A DNA stretch of 64,000 nucleotides, from the NCBI GenBank assembly GCA_964437495.1, contig CAYTGV010000009.1:6983-70982 (forward strand), read 5' to 3'. This stretch comes from an uncultured Planctomycetia bacterium (lineage in GTDB: Bacteria; Omnitrophota; Gorgyraeia; B26-G9). Every line of letters starts with the position of its first letter. Within the stretch, counting starts at the first letter, position 1. The notes below the pieces were generated by a model. That model was not told where the DNA came from, did no database searches, and worked only from the letters and a program-made list of their open reading frames with translations. Shown here in pieces: positions 19,654 to 30,669 of this stretch. A program made the translations under genes and the position numbers.

Positions 19654-19932
19654 ATGAGTAACCCTATCCAAAAAGTCGAAAGAAAAGTCACAATATTAAA
19701 TAAAACAGGACTGCATGCAAGACCCGCGGCTGTTTTTGTACAGATAGCGAATAAATTTGATTCTGAGGTTTCTGTAAAAAAAGGGAAACAAAAAGTTAAC
19801 GGAAAATCAATAATGGGAATTTTGATGCTGGCCGCAGGCCAGGGACAGCAAGTTACAATTTCAGCGGTTGGTATTGATGCCGAGCAGACGGTTAACGAAC
19901 TGGAGAAACTTTTATTAAGCAATGAAAAGTAA
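19654..19932 (+). CDS. ptsH: Phosphocarrier protein HPr/NPr
   Basis: Active-site His in GLHARPA. 92 aa. Confidence 0.85.
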   Translation: MSNPIQKVERKVTILNKTGLHARPAAVFVQIANKFDSEVSVKKGKQKVNGKSIMGILMLAAGQGQQVTISAVGIDAEQTVNELEKLLLSNEK

Positions 19933-21694
19933 AGAATATACAAAAAATCCTAAGAAATTGATCAATGGAATAGCTGCTTCACCTGGTATTGCCATAGGTA
20001 GAGTTTTTATCTGGGATAGCGAAGAATATACCATAAGCAAGCATATTGTTTCTGAAAACAAGCTCGCAGTAGAAATCAGCCGCTTTGAAGATGCACTGAT
20101 AAAAACTCGATCAGAGATACTAGAAATCCAAAAACAGATTTCCAAAGAAATGGGTGTAGAACACGCGGAAATTTTTAATGCTCATTTGCTTGTGCTTGAA
20201 GACCGCATGCTGATCGAGGAAGTTATAAATAAGATCAGAAAGGAAAAAGTTAATGTCGAACATGCTTTTGTCGTTGTAATAAAAAAATATGCGGATATAT
20301 TTTCGAAGATGGACGATGAATATCTAAGAGAGCGTCTTGCTGATATACAGGATGTCGGCAAAAGGATAATCCGGAATTTATTAGGCAAACAAAAGCAGGG
20401 ATTAGCTGATGTTACAGAGAAAGTTATAGTTGTCGCTACTAATCTTTCCCCCTCTGATACGGCTTTGATGCATAAAGAAAAGGTTGTTGGCTTTGCGACC
20501 GATATGGGAGGCAGGACCTCTCATACGGCAATTTTGGCCAGGTCCGGCGAAATACCCGCAGTTGTCGGGCTCAAAACCATTACGCCATTTGTAAAAAATG
20601 GCGATATTATCATTATCGATGGAAATAATGGCAATGTAATAATTAATCCGCAAAGATCGGTAATAAAAAAATACCAAAAAGAAAAAAAGAAATTTAAGGA
20701 TTTTGAAAAAGGACTTTCCCGCTATAAATCCCTGCCGGCAGTAACTAAAGACGGCCGCAGTATTGTAATCGGAGCTAATATAGAATTTCCTGATGAGCTG
20801 CTATCTGTTATTGCTCATGGAGCTCAGGGAATAGGGCTTTACCGGACAGAATATATGTATCTTAACCGTACGGATATTCCTTCGGAAGAAGAACATTTCC
20901 AGGCTTACAAGAAGGTTGCTCAAACATTAAAAAAGAACCCAGCTGTTATTAGAACTATGGATATCGGGGGTGATAAATTTGTTTCCCATTTAGAGATACC
21001 CAGAGAAATGAATCCGCTTATGGGCAGAAGGGCGATACGTTTTTGTCTGGCCAGGCCTGAAATCTTTAAAACACAGCTTAGAGGAATCCTAAGAGCAAGT
21101 ATTTATGGTAATCTAAAGATCATGTATCCTATGATTTCAGGTTTAGAGGAGCTACGTCAGGCAAATGAAATCCTAAAAGAAGTAATGCATGAACTTAGCC
21201 AAAAACACATTCCCTTTGATAGGGATATTGAAGTCGGGATTATGATCGAGGTGCCCTCAGCGGCATTGATCGCGGATATTCTGGCCAAAGAAGTGTCTTT
21301 TTTTAGTATTGGAACTAATGATCTGATCCAATACTCACTGGCAGTAGACAGAATCAATGAAAAAATCGCTTATCTGTATGAGCCGGCGCATCCGGCTGTC
21401 CTTAGACTTATAAAATATATAATCGATGCCGGACATAATCAGGGTATCTGGGTAGGTATGTGCGGAGAGATGGCAGCAGAGCCTGTTTTTACGCTTGTGT
21501 TATTGGGATTAGGCCTTGATGAATTTAGCGCCAGCGCAGTAGCCGTGCCGGAAATCAAGAAGATCATCCGGTCTGTTAATTTTGAACAAGCTCAGGAAAT
21601 CGCAACAAAGATTCTCACACTTGAATCTGCTGAAGAAATCCAAAAATTCGCAAGTACCAGATTGCACAAGCTGATCGATAATAGTAAAAATTAG
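19922..21694 (+). CDS. ptsI: Phosphoenolpyruvate-protein phosphotransferase (PTS Enzyme I), no GAF domain
   Basis: 590 aa. GGRTSHTAILAR phospho-His region. PEP-utilising C-terminal TIM barrel. Confidence 0.85.
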   Translation: MKSKEYTKNPKKLINGIAASPGIAIGRVFIWDSEEYTISKHIVSENKLAVEISRFEDALIKTRSEILEIQKQISKEMGVEHAEIFNAHLLVLEDRMLIEEVINKIRKEKVNVEHAFVVVIKKYADIFSKMDDEYLRERLADIQDVGKRIIRNLLGKQKQGLADVTEKVIVVATNLSPSDTALMHKEKVVGFATDMGGRTSHTAILARSGEIPAVVGLKTITPFVKNGDIIIIDGNNGNVIINPQRSVIKKYQKEKKKFKDFEKGLSRYKSLPAVTKDGRSIVIGANIEFPDELLSVIAHGAQGIGLYRTEYMYLNRTDIPSEEEHFQAYKKVAQTLKKNPAVIRTMDIGGDKFVSHLEIPREMNPLMGRRAIRFCLARPEIFKTQLRGILRASIYGNLKIMYPMISGLEELRQANEILKEVMHELSQKHIPFDRDIEVGIMIEVPSAALIADILAKEVSFFSIGTNDLIQYSLAVDRINEKIAYLYEPAHPAVLRLIKYIIDAGHNQGIWVGMCGEMAAEPVFTLVLLGLGLDEFSASAVAVPEIKKIIRSVNFEQAQEIATKILTLESAEEIQKFASTRLHKLIDNSKN

Positions 21695-21705
21695 AAGTAA
21701 TACAT

Positions 21706-22443
21706 ATGAAAACACTTATTTTAGCTGCAGGATATGCAACAAGACTCTATCCGCTGACAAAGCATTGGCCTAAGCCTTTATTGGTTGTGAAAGAGAAACC
21801 GATAATTAATTATATAATTGAGAAAGTTGATATATTAGATAAAAACAATGAAATTATTGTTATAACTAATGAAAAGTTCTTTGATCAGTTTTCATACTGG
21901 GCTGAAAAAACTCAGATCAAAACTAAATTAACCGTAATTAGTGATAAGACAAGCTCGGCTGAAGACAGGCTGGGAGCAATTGGCGACATAAATTTTGCCT
22001 TAAATAAGCAGTCAATAGATGATGATTTGCTTGTGATCGGCGGAGACAACCTTTTTGCTTTTGATCTAAATGCTTTTATAAAAACTATACGCCAGGAGAA
22101 ATTAGCTGCCGCTGTGGGTCTTTATGATATTAAAGATCCGGCAATGGTTAGGCATTACGGGGTTGTGAGTATTGATAATAAGAACAAAATCATTGATTTT
22201 CAAGAGAAACCGGATAAGAGTACATCTACTCTTATCTCAATGTGTATTTATTATTTTGCTAAAGAAAATATTAAATTAATAAAAAAATATATAAATAGTA
22301 AGGATTCCCATGACACATCAGGCGATTACATAAAGTGGCTCTCAAAAGAGCTTGATGTATGCGGATATACTTTTGATGGAACATGGTATGACATTGGGGA
22401 TATAATTACTTTTTATCATGCCAGTGTCGCGTTTAACGGTTAG
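21706..22443 (+). CDS. Sugar-phosphate nucleotidyltransferase (NTP_transferase family)
   Basis: LILAAGYATRLYPLT...KPLL N-terminal nucleotide-binding signature. Confidence 0.6.
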   Translation: MKTLILAAGYATRLYPLTKHWPKPLLVVKEKPIINYIIEKVDILDKNNEIIVITNEKFFDQFSYWAEKTQIKTKLTVISDKTSSAEDRLGAIGDINFALNKQSIDDDLLVIGGDNLFAFDLNAFIKTIRQEKLAAAVGLYDIKDPAMVRHYGVVSIDNKNKIIDFQEKPDKSTSTLISMCIYYFAKENIKLIKKYINSKDSHDTSGDYIKWLSKELDVCGYTFDGTWYDIGDIITFYHASVAFNG

Positions 22444-22458
22444 AAAGGAGTAGGGTGA

Positions 22459-23619
22459 ATGGAAAAGAATTATTTAATGACATCAGAATCTGTTGCTTGC
22501 GGACATCCTGACAAATTATGTGATCAGGTTTCTGATGGTGTTCTTGATGATTTGCTGCGCCAGGATAAATACAGCAGGGTTGCATGTGAAACGTATGTAA
22601 CAATGGGCATGATTATTGTCGGTGGGGAAATCACAACAAAAGGTTTTGTCAATATCCATAATATAGTAAGAAGGGTCGTTAAAGAAATCGGCTATAATAA
22701 CCCGGCATTTGGGTTTGATTATAATACATGCGCTATTTTGAATGCGATAAATACACAATCACCTGATATCGCCATGGGTGTGGATACTGGCGGAGCAGGA
22801 GACCAGGGGATGATGACTGGTTTTGCCACAAACGAAACTCCTGAACTTATGCCATTACCTTTAATGCTCGCTCAAAAGCTGGTACGCAGGATGAAGGAAG
22901 TTAGAGAAAAAAAAATATTAAAATATCTTGCGCCTGATGGTAAGGCCCAGGTAACGGTTGCCTATGTTAACGGAAAACCGAAAAAGGTAACAGCCGTTGT
23001 ACTAGCCGTTCAACATACTGAGACAATACTCAACAAGGCCAAAACCCATATAACCGATAAATCCCGTAAAGAAATGATTGATAAAATTGCTAAGCCGATT
23101 TTAGGCAAATGGGTAGATAAGAATACGGAATACTTTGTAAACCAAACCGGAAAATTTTTAGTCGGCGGACCTCAGTCTGATACTGGTATGACAGGAAGAA
23201 AAATTGTCGTTGATACTTACGGCGGATTTGCTCCGGTTGGCGGGGGCGCTTTTTCCGGTAAAGATCCTACCAAAGTTGACCGCTCAGCTGCTTATATGGG
23301 CAGATATATTGCTAAGAATATCGTTGCGGCAGGGCTTGCAGATGTTTGTCATCTTCAAGTAGCCTATTGTATCGGTAAAAAAGAACCTGTATCTGTGGTT
23401 ATCGATACTCGGGGAACCGGAAAAATATCAGATGAGAAGATCGCTAAACTGGTAAAGAAATATTTTCCTTTATATCCTCAGGCGATTATTAAGAAGCTTG
23501 ATCTGCTTAAACCTATTTATCAAAAAACTGCCTGTCACGGACATTTTGGCAGAAATGAATTTACTTGGGAAAAAACTGATATGGCCGCAACATTGAAAAA
23601 AGCAGCAAAGTCATTATGA
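22459..23619 (+). CDS. metK: S-adenosylmethionine synthetase
   Basis: [17 protein letters not shown]...GAGDQGMM...[19 protein letters not shown]. Confidence 0.95.
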   Translation: MEKNYLMTSESVACGHPDKLCDQVSDGVLDDLLRQDKYSRVACETYVTMGMIIVGGEITTKGFVNIHNIVRRVVKEIGYNNPAFGFDYNTCAILNAINTQSPDIAMGVDTGGAGDQGMMTGFATNETPELMPLPLMLAQKLVRRMKEVREKKILKYLAPDGKAQVTVAYVNGKPKKVTAVVLAVQHTETILNKAKTHITDKSRKEMIDKIAKPILGKWVDKNTEYFVNQTGKFLVGGPQSDTGMTGRKIVVDTYGGFAPVGGGAFSGKDPTKVDRSAAYMGRYIAKNIVAAGLADVCHLQVAYCIGKKEPVSVVIDTRGTGKISDEKIAKLVKKYFPLYPQAIIKKLDLLKPIYQKTACHGHFGRNEFTWEKTDMAATLKKAAKSL

Positions 23620-25049
23620 ATAAGGAGAGTGTGATGCCAAAACTGGATAATGATTATAAGGTGAACGATTTAGGCCTTGCTGATTTCGGCAGAAAAGAGA
23701 TTGAAATCGCCGAGCACGAGATGCCGGGGCTTATGTCGGTTCGGAAGAAATATGCCGCGTCCCTACCGCTTAAAGGCGTTAGAATTATGGGATCCTTGCA
23801 TATGACTATTCAGACTGCGGTATTGATCGAGACCTTAGTTGATTTAGGAGCTGATGTACGCTGGGCCAGCTGCAATATATTCTCCACCCAGGATCACGCG
23901 GCAGCCGCGATCGCAAAAAGCGGTGTGCCTGTTTTTGCCTGGAAAGGTGAGACACTCGAGGAGTTCTGGTGGTGCACTGAGCAGGCATTGACATTTCCCG
24001 GTGATTTAGGACCGCAATTGATTGTTGATGACGGCGGAGATGCTACATTGATGATGCAGCTGGGATATAAGGCGGAAAAAGATCCCTTAATTCTCAATAA
24101 GCAGCCCGGCGGAGAAGATGAGGCATTTCTACTTGCTTTACTTAAAGCGCGTCAGAGTGATAGGCCGCAAAAGTGGACGGCTATGGTTAGGCAATGGAAG
24201 GGTGTTTCTGAGGAAACAACAACCGGCGTGAATAGACTTTACCAAATGGTAGAAAAAGGAGAACTGCTGGTTCCTGCGATAAATGTCAATGACTCGGTAA
24301 CAAAGTCAAAATTTGACAATCTCTATGGGTGCCGTGAATCCCTTAATGATGGAATAAAACGCGCTACAGATGTAATGATTGCCGGAAAAGTTGCTGTTGT
24401 CTGCGGATATGGTGATGTTGGCAAGGGCTCTTCAGCATCTCTGCGCGGTTTAGGCGCAAGAGTTATTGTAACTGAGATCGATCCTATCTGCGCCTTGCAG
24501 GCTGCGATGGAAGGCTATGAGGTTAAGCCAATTGAGGATACGCTGGGAATCGGAGATATCTATGTAACGGCTACTGGTAACCGCGATGTACTAAGGGTTG
24601 AACATATAGAAAAAATGAAAAATCAGGCGATAATATGCAATATCGGTCATTTTGATAATGAAATTCAGGTTGCGGGACTTGAAAGCTATAAGGGAATTAA
24701 AAAGGTAAATATAAAGCCTCAGGTTGATAAGTTTGTTTTTCCGGATGGAAAGGAGGTTTATTTATTAGCTGAGGGCAGATTAGTAAATCTGGGCTGTGCT
24801 ACCGGGCATCCTTCATTTGTGATGTCAAATTCTTTTACAAATCAAGTTTTGGCTCAGCTAGACCTTTGGAAAAATAAAGACAGTTATGAAGTAAAGGTAT
24901 ATTGCCTGCCTAAGGATCTTGATGAAGAAGTTGCCCGATTGCATCTTGAGCGTATAGGAGTTAAGCTGACTAAATTGACTAAGGAGCAATCAGAATATCT
25001 TGGAATACCGATAGAAGGTCCTTATAAGCCGGGCCATTATCGATATTAA
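23616..25049 (+). CDS. ahcY: Adenosylhomocysteinase (start possibly at 23634)
   Basis: DYKVNDL...[21 protein letters not shown]...[13 protein letters not shown] motif. Confidence 0.95.
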   Translation: MNKESVMPKLDNDYKVNDLGLADFGRKEIEIAEHEMPGLMSVRKKYAASLPLKGVRIMGSLHMTIQTAVLIETLVDLGADVRWASCNIFSTQDHAAAAIAKSGVPVFAWKGETLEEFWWCTEQALTFPGDLGPQLIVDDGGDATLMMQLGYKAEKDPLILNKQPGGEDEAFLLALLKARQSDRPQKWTAMVRQWKGVSEETTTGVNRLYQMVEKGELLVPAINVNDSVTKSKFDNLYGCRESLNDGIKRATDVMIAGKVAVVCGYGDVGKGSSASLRGLGARVIVTEIDPICALQAAMEGYEVKPIEDTLGIGDIYVTATGNRDVLRVEHIEKMKNQAIICNIGHFDNEIQVAGLESYKGIKKVNIKPQVDKFVFPDGKEVYLLAEGRLVNLGCATGHPSFVMSNSFTNQVLAQLDLWKNKDSYEVKVYCLPKDLDEEVARLHLERIGVKLTKLTKEQSEYLGIPIEGPYKPGHYRY

Positions 25050-25180
25050 ACAGCCTATATTAATTAGTAAAATTACAAGTTATAAGTGACAAAATATTTA
25101 TTCTATGTGATTGTTTGTAACCACTAGTAACTAATTGTAACTTTCAATAACCAATTAAAAAAATAAAAGGAGAAAAACTT

Positions 25181-26188
25181 ATGGTTTCGTATAAGGATCT
25201 GGGATTAGTAGATACAAAGGAAATGTTTAAAAAGGCAATGGAAGGTAAATATGCCGTCCCTGCTTATAATTTTAATAATATGGAGCAGATTCAGGCAATA
25301 GTAATCGCCTGTGTGGAAACGCAATCACCAGTAATTTTACAGGTCTCAAGCGGAGCACGTAAATACGCCAACCAGACCCTGCTGCAATATCTCGGACAAG
25401 GAGCAGTAGCGATGATGCAGGATCTGGCCAGAGAAAAGGGCCTGAAAAATATTCCAATAGCTTTGCATCTTGATCACGGCGATACTTTTGAGCTTGCCAA
25501 GTCATGTGTTGATTCTGGATTTTCCTCGATAATGATCGACGGTTCACATCACTCCTTTGAAAAGAATATTGCCTTGACTAAACAGGTGGTTGAATATGCA
25601 CATGTTAAAGATGTGACTGTAGAAGGTGAACTGGGCGTACTTGCCGGGATTGAAGATGATGTTGTAGCTGAAAAATCAACATATACTCAGCCGAAAGATG
25701 TTATAGAATTCGTAAATAAAACCGGAGTCGATTCCCTGGCAATCTCGATTGGAACTTCACATGGTGCAAATAAATTTAAACCTGAGCAATGCACGAAAAA
25801 TGAACAGGGCGTTTATATTCCGCCTGCACTCCGATTTGATATTTTGGAGGAGATAGAAAAGAAAATATCTGGATTTCCGATTGTTCTCCATGGCTCTTCT
25901 TCCGTACCAGTAGAAGCAGTTAAGATAATTAATGCAAACGGTGGCGCATTAAAGGATACTGTGGGGATTCCTGAAGAGCAGCTAAGAAAAGCAACTAAAT
26001 CAGCTGTATGTAAAGTAAATATTGATTCAGACGGAAGACTGTGGATGACAGCAGCGATAAGAAAGCATATGGCCGAAAAGCCTGCTGATTTTGATCCGCG
26101 TCAATATTTAGGGCCTGCGAGAATTGCCTTGATAAAAATGTACAAGCATAAGAATGAACATGTACTTGGCTCAAACAACAGGGTTTAA
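25181..26188 (+). CDS. fba: Fructose-bisphosphate aldolase, class II
   Basis: YAVPAYNFNNMEQ...LHLDHG...HGSSSVP motifs. Confidence 0.85.
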   Translation: MVSYKDLGLVDTKEMFKKAMEGKYAVPAYNFNNMEQIQAIVIACVETQSPVILQVSSGARKYANQTLLQYLGQGAVAMMQDLAREKGLKNIPIALHLDHGDTFELAKSCVDSGFSSIMIDGSHHSFEKNIALTKQVVEYAHVKDVTVEGELGVLAGIEDDVVAEKSTYTQPKDVIEFVNKTGVDSLAISIGTSHGANKFKPEQCTKNEQGVYIPPALRFDILEEIEKKISGFPIVLHGSSSVPVEAVKIINANGGALKDTVGIPEEQLRKATKSAVCKVNIDSDGRLWMTAAIRKHMAEKPADFDPRQYLGPARIALIKMYKHKNEHVLGSNNRV

Positions 26189-26209
26189 TATTTAAGGCAT
26201 TAAAAAACA

Positions 26210-26250
26210 AAATAACTCCTCTGCATATTCAGTAGCGGAGTTATTTTTTG
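26210..26250 (+). terminator. Intrinsic terminator after fba
   Basis: AAATAACTCC...GGAGTTATTT stem followed by TTTTTTG. Confidence 0.45.
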
Positions 26251-26312
26251 GGCCATTCTTGATTAATTTAAAGTGGCTTATATAATTTAATGCTTTGTAA
26301 GTTATTGAAATA

Positions 26313-26356
26313 AGGTTCTTTCAATCAACTTAAAATAAGAAAGAACCTTATTTTTT
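26313..26356. terminator. Probable bidirectional terminator between convergent fba and lptG (overlaps the lptG stop)
   Basis: Perfect 11-bp stem AAGGTTCTTTC/GAAAGAACCTT, flanked by A/T runs on both sides. Confidence 0.45.
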
Positions 26357-27436
26357 AACTGATTCTATAAGCCAGATACCTATAAAAAGAAATACAATAT
26401 TGGTTATCCAGGCAGACAGGAGGGGGGGGATAAAGCCGATTTTACCCAAGGATAGACTCACCGCATTAAGCCCCCAGTAACTGAAACTTATAGCAATACT
26501 TGTTGCCACCCCAAGAAAAAGGCTTTCACTTCTACTTCGAGTTAAGGTGAAGGGAACGGCAAAGAAAATAATAATAAAATTAGCCAGGGGAAAAGCAATT
26601 TTACTATAAAGAATCACCAGCTCTTTATTCGCCTTAAAGCCTCCGCGCTTTAAACGCCTTACATATTTTTTGAGCTGCCAATAACTCATTAAATCCGGCT
26701 GAAGATTTGCCCTCTGGATATCTTCTGGTTTTTCATCGATTTTAATTACCTTTTCCGCAAAGTTCTGCGGTGCGAACTGTATCTTGCCATCAGCATAATC
26801 GGTAATAATGCAATCATAGAATATCCAGAACCCTTCAATCCATTGCGCACGTTTTGCTACGATCAATCGGGTTAATTCATTTAACTTATTACTTTCAGAT
26901 ATTGTTATATTTGTCATCTGCTGCCGTTTTACATCATAGCTATTAATAATAAATATTCGGTTATGTGTTCCATGTAAAGCAATATCGTTCATTATATGGT
27001 TTTCTTCTTTATTGGCATGGGGTTTAAAATATTGCTCTTTAAGCTCTATTGAATGCAAATATGAATTAGGCTTTACCAGCTCATTTACACTGAAACTGGC
27101 AATGCTCATAAGAATACCAAAGCCTAGGAATATCCATATAATAGACCAGAGATTAACCCCAATAGCTTTTATCGCCATTATCTCATTGTTGCGATTAAGG
27201 GTTCCAAGAGTGAAAATCGTTGCCAGGATTATTATGATCGGAGAGATGTTTACAAAGATGAAAGGAGTCAGAGAGAAATAATAATCACAAAGTACAAAAA
27301 GCGGCACCTTAGCTTTCATGATCTCATCGAGTGAGTCAAAAAGATCAATTATCCAGGAAAGACTGATAAAAAGTATGAAACAGCCGATAAAAGGTTTTAA
27401 AAATTCACCTAATATATATTCTCTTATAATTCTCAT
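26348..27436 (-). CDS. lptG: LPS export permease (LptF/LptG, YjgP/YjgQ family), second of a pair
   Basis: 362 aa. Three N-terminal TM helices, a periplasmic beta-jellyroll region, three C-terminal TM helices. Adjacent paralog. Confidence 0.7.
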   Translation of the reverse strand: MRIIREYILGEFLKPFIGCFILFISLSWIIDLFDSLDEIMKAKVPLFVLCDYYFSLTPFIFVNISPIIIILATIFTLGTLNRNNEIMAIKAIGVNLWSIIWIFLGFGILMSIASFSVNELVKPNSYLHSIELKEQYFKPHANKEENHIMNDIALHGTHNRIFIINSYDVKRQQMTNITISESNKLNELTRLIVAKRAQWIEGFWIFYDCIITDYADGKIQFAPQNFAEKVIKIDEKPEDIQRANLQPDLMSYWQLKKYVRRLKRGGFKANKELVILYSKIAFPLANFIIIFFAVPFTLTRSRSESLFLGVATSIAISFSYWGLNAVSLSLGKIGFIPPLLSAWITNIVFLFIGIWLIESVKK

Positions 27437-27439
27437 GGT

Positions 27440-28534
27440 TTATTCTTCCAGAACCTTGTAACTCAAACACAATCCTATAGTTAAAAATATCATATTCGGC
27501 AACCAGACACCGACCACAGGTAAGATCTTATTGCGCAAAGCCAGGCTTTCACCAAAAGCCATAAGTAAATAGTATAACAGGCAAATCCCTATACTCAAAG
27601 CAAAACCTAGAGATCGTTCACGGCTTTTGACTCGTATCGCAAGGGGAGTTCCAATAAAGATAAATATCAGACTGCTGAATGCGAGTGAATACTTTCTATA
27701 TAAACCGACCTGCAAAGGGCGATAATCGATTTTAAGTCCTTTCATTTTCTTTATATCAGACTCAATTTCCTTAATCGTCATGTCAGAAACTTTTTTATCA
27801 AGTTTGCTAAGTGCTTGCTTTTCCTTTAAATCCAGGGTTATATGATAATTTTTAAAGTTTAGTTTATAAAATACCCCAGAATCTGCAAAACTTGGTTCAT
27901 CAGCCGAACCGTTTTTAAGCACAAGTTTTACTGCGCTTTTTTCAGGAATGAAGATAAATTCACCCCGCTCGGCAATAATAGTCCTGGTCGGTTTATCGGT
28001 TTGCGGCTGATATATACGAATATCCTCAAGATATTCACCCCTAATCTTGTAAATGAACATAATGTGATCCTTAAAAGCTTTTATAAATGTTTTTTCTTCC
28101 AAATAGGCCGTTGGTTTTTTAATGCCAATTTCCTGCAATGTAGTGCGCATTAAATAATGTGCTTTTGGAATAATAGAGTCATTAAAATAAAGACAAAGCA
28201 GGCTGAACATAATGCCAATAAGTAAAATAATCCCAACTATGGGGTACAAGCTTATACCGCTTGATCGCATAGCCGTGATTTCATTATCATATGCCATGCG
28301 TCCAAAACAGAGCAGGCTGGCACACAGAATAGATATCGGGATAGAGAAAACAAACAGGCTGGGTAAAAGATACATGAACAGCCGCAAAACAACAAGTATA
28401 TTAACGCCCTTAGCTATGACCATATCAACCATCTTAACCATATTGCCAACCACAAGTATAAAACTGATAATAACAAGCGCCAACGCAAAAACAGTTAACC
28501 ACTCAGAAAGCACATATTTTTTCAAAATCCGCAT
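27440..28534 (-). CDS. lptF: LPS export permease (LptF/LptG family), first of a pair
   Basis: 364 aa with the same architecture. 3-nt gap to the paralog. Confidence 0.7.
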   Translation of the reverse strand: MRILKKYVLSEWLTVFALALVIISFILVVGNMVKMVDMVIAKGVNILVVLRLFMYLLPSLFVFSIPISILCASLLCFGRMAYDNEITAMRSSGISLYPIVGIILLIGIMFSLLCLYFNDSIIPKAHYLMRTTLQEIGIKKPTAYLEEKTFIKAFKDHIMFIYKIRGEYLEDIRIYQPQTDKPTRTIIAERGEFIFIPEKSAVKLVLKNGSADEPSFADSGVFYKLNFKNYHITLDLKEKQALSKLDKKVSDMTIKEIESDIKKMKGLKIDYRPLQVGLYRKYSLAFSSLIFIFIGTPLAIRVKSRERSLGFALSIGICLLYYLLMAFGESLALRNKILPVVGVWLPNMIFLTIGLCLSYKVLEE

Positions 28535-28541
28535 TATTTTT

Positions 28542-29276
28542 TTACCTTGCCATTGTTAGAGTATAGACTTTTTTTGCTCCTGCATTTTTTAGCACGCGTG
28601 AGCATTCGTTTAGAGTAGCTCCAGTAGTGAATATATCATCGACAATCAGTACTGATTTATTTTTAAAAAAGGACTTATCATTACAGTCAAAGGCGTCTTT
28701 TATATTTAGCTGTCTTTTCTCAAGCGAGAGCTGATACTGCGACAGAGTATTTCTCACGCGCCTAAGGTTATTGAATGATGCTGGTAAATTTAAATTCAAT
28801 CTGATAAAATCCGCAAACAATTCGGATTGATTGAATCCGCGTTCCTTTAATTTCGTTTTATGCAACGGAACCGCCGTAATCAGATCAATACTAGCGATGT
28901 TAAAATGTGCCTTTAGAAATTCCAGCATAATTCTCGAAAGATTTTTACCGATTTTCAATTTTCTTTTATATTTTAACAATTGGATGCACTTTTTTGTAAT
29001 CCCACTATACTCAGAGACACTCAATGCTCTATCAAAATAATATAACTTATTGCGACATTTACTACAGGAACCGTTTTTTGCACTAACGCCTTTTAGGGGA
29101 AATCCGCATTTATTACACAATGGTGATACATTTATACAAATCTTTTCCAAACAGGCTTTGCAGGCGCTCTCATATGAACTATCAATAATAGCTTCAGAGC
29201 ATATCAGGCAATGCTGGGGATAAAGTAGATCAACAAGAGATTGGAAAAACAGCTTTAATTTTAATAAATCAAGCAT
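28542..29276 (-). CDS. ComF family protein (ComFC-like phosphoribosyltransferase-fold, N-terminal Cys4 zinc finger)
   Basis: CLICSE...CKAC...CNKCG...CSKC zinc ribbon. C-terminal PRT motif VLIVDDIFTTGATL. Confidence 0.7.
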   Translation of the reverse strand: MLDLLKLKLFFQSLVDLLYPQHCLICSEAIIDSSYESACKACLEKICINVSPLCNKCGFPLKGVSAKNGSCSKCRNKLYYFDRALSVSEYSGITKKCIQLLKYKRKLKIGKNLSRIMLEFLKAHFNIASIDLITAVPLHKTKLKERGFNQSELFADFIRLNLNLPASFNNLRRVRNTLSQYQLSLEKRQLNIKDAFDCNDKSFFKNKSVLIVDDIFTTGATLNECSRVLKNAGAKKVYTLTMAR

Positions 29277-29511
29277 TTTTTTTACCTCTTATCAGCAGAT
29301 ATTTACCATTTTAGAAAAACATATATGCATATACTACTCGCTTCTTTGAATATTTTACTCAAACGGACTAAAAGATAAATATCCCTAATGTGCTTTACTA
29401 TACCATAAATAATCAGGATTTACAAAATAAACCCCTCAAGGGTACCGCTTTAAACCAATTAAATTGTTTAAAGGATAATGGACTGGAGACTTGCTTTTGT
29501 TTAAGCTGTGT

Positions 29512-30669
29512 TTAAAAGCTCGGCTCAATGCAGAAGGTCTTAAACTCCTTTGAACGCTTTAAACCGCCGATAATAAACATTAGATTTGTCATATATTTCA
29601 TCTTACACCAGGTAAAAAAGTGTTTATGCGGCTTCATCAAAAAACAAACATCAAAGTATTTTCTCATAAAATACAGAGTAAACATGCTCATTATAACCGT
29701 TAATCCGATAACAAAACCGCCAATTATTCCACTAAGCATTAGAATTAGACCAATCAGGGCGATAAGCGCACTCAAATGCATCATCTGAAAATTGCCGATA
29801 TAGATAAATCCTTTAACAGGGGAATTTATACTTATTAAAGGCAGCTTAGGCCAGGCACCAAAAATCTGAAAAACAATATCAAGTTTTTGGCTGGCATGTT
29901 TCACCAGCAAAGGCCCATGAGCCATGCCGTAGGTAACCCACACCTTTTTAAGTGCAGGGAAGTCTGCGCGGTGCATATGGTCGACTTTAGCATTGGGTTC
30001 AAAATAAAGCTTCCAGCCTTTTTGCTGTACTTGAAGTCCAAATTCCATATCTTCACCAGTTTTTTCATTCCAAAAGCGAGCATTTGCCTGATCTATAGCT
30101 ACTTTCCTGTATGCTGCATTAGCTGTAACAAAGAAATATGCTCGATGCCCGGCAATCTGAGTTGGGGATTTATCGCTCAAAGCAGGAAAATATCCGTCTT
30201 TAATTGTAAATCCATAACGCGGAGCAACCATATTAAAACGGAAATGTTCGCAATATAACTCAGTAAGATTATCCGGTTCAACCATAAGCGTATAAATTTC
30301 CCCGCCGACAATGCCAACATCAGCGTATTTGTCAAAGACAGCAAGCATATCTGTTATCCAGGTTTTACAGGGAGCACAGTCACCATCAGTAAAGAAAATA
30401 TATTCGCCTTTAACGACATCCAAGGCCTTATTTCTGGCAAATCCCGGCGATGGGCAATCCGGCACTTCTACAAGTTTTATAAAAGAATGTTTTTGTTGCC
30501 ATTTCTTAATCAATTCCAATGTAGAATCAGTGCTGCCGCCATCGGCAATCACCATTTCCATTTTCTCTCTAGGATAATCAACATTAAGTATATATTCAAA
30601 TGTCTTTTCAAGTGTACGTTCAGCGTTACGAACTGGAATGATAAGTGAAATAAATGGATTAATAGCCAA
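29512..30669 (-). CDS. Family 2 glycosyltransferase with C-terminal membrane helices
   Basis: SLIIPVRN...DGGSTD...FTDGDC (DXD-type GT-A motifs). ~4 hydrophobic helices in the last 100 aa. Confidence 0.7.
   Translation of the reverse strand: MAINPFISLIIPVRNAERTLEKTFEYILNVDYPREKMEMVIADGGSTDSTLELIKKWQQKHSFIKLVEVPDCPSPGFARNKALDVVKGEYIFFTDGDCAPCKTWITDMLAVFDKYADVGIVGGEIYTLMVEPDNLTELYCEHFRFNMVAPRYGFTIKDGYFPALSDKSPTQIAGHRAYFFVTANAAYRKVAIDQANARFWNEKTGEDMEFGLQVQQKGWKLYFEPNAKVDHMHRADFPALKKVWVTYGMAHGPLLVKHASQKLDIVFQIFGAWPKLPLISINSPVKGFIYIGNFQMMHLSALIALIGLILMLSGIIGGFVIGLTVIMSMFTLYFMRKYFDVCFLMKPHKHFFTWCKMKYMTNLMFIIGGLKRSKEFKTFCIEPSF

Noticed and set aside
25098-25140. Independent regulatory repeat upstream of fba
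   Set aside because: Only ~6 weak heptads (TTGTAAC/CACTAGT/AACTAAT/TGTAACT...). Too degenerate to call on its own. Mentioned only as a possible relative of the pilC-upstream tract.
29277-29511. ORF 29528..29788 (+) and other short + strand ORFs antisense to the GT2 gene
   Set aside because: They are antisense to a well-supported minus-strand glycosyltransferase CDS, and the intergenic 29277-29511 has no start/RBS signals for a + strand gene.
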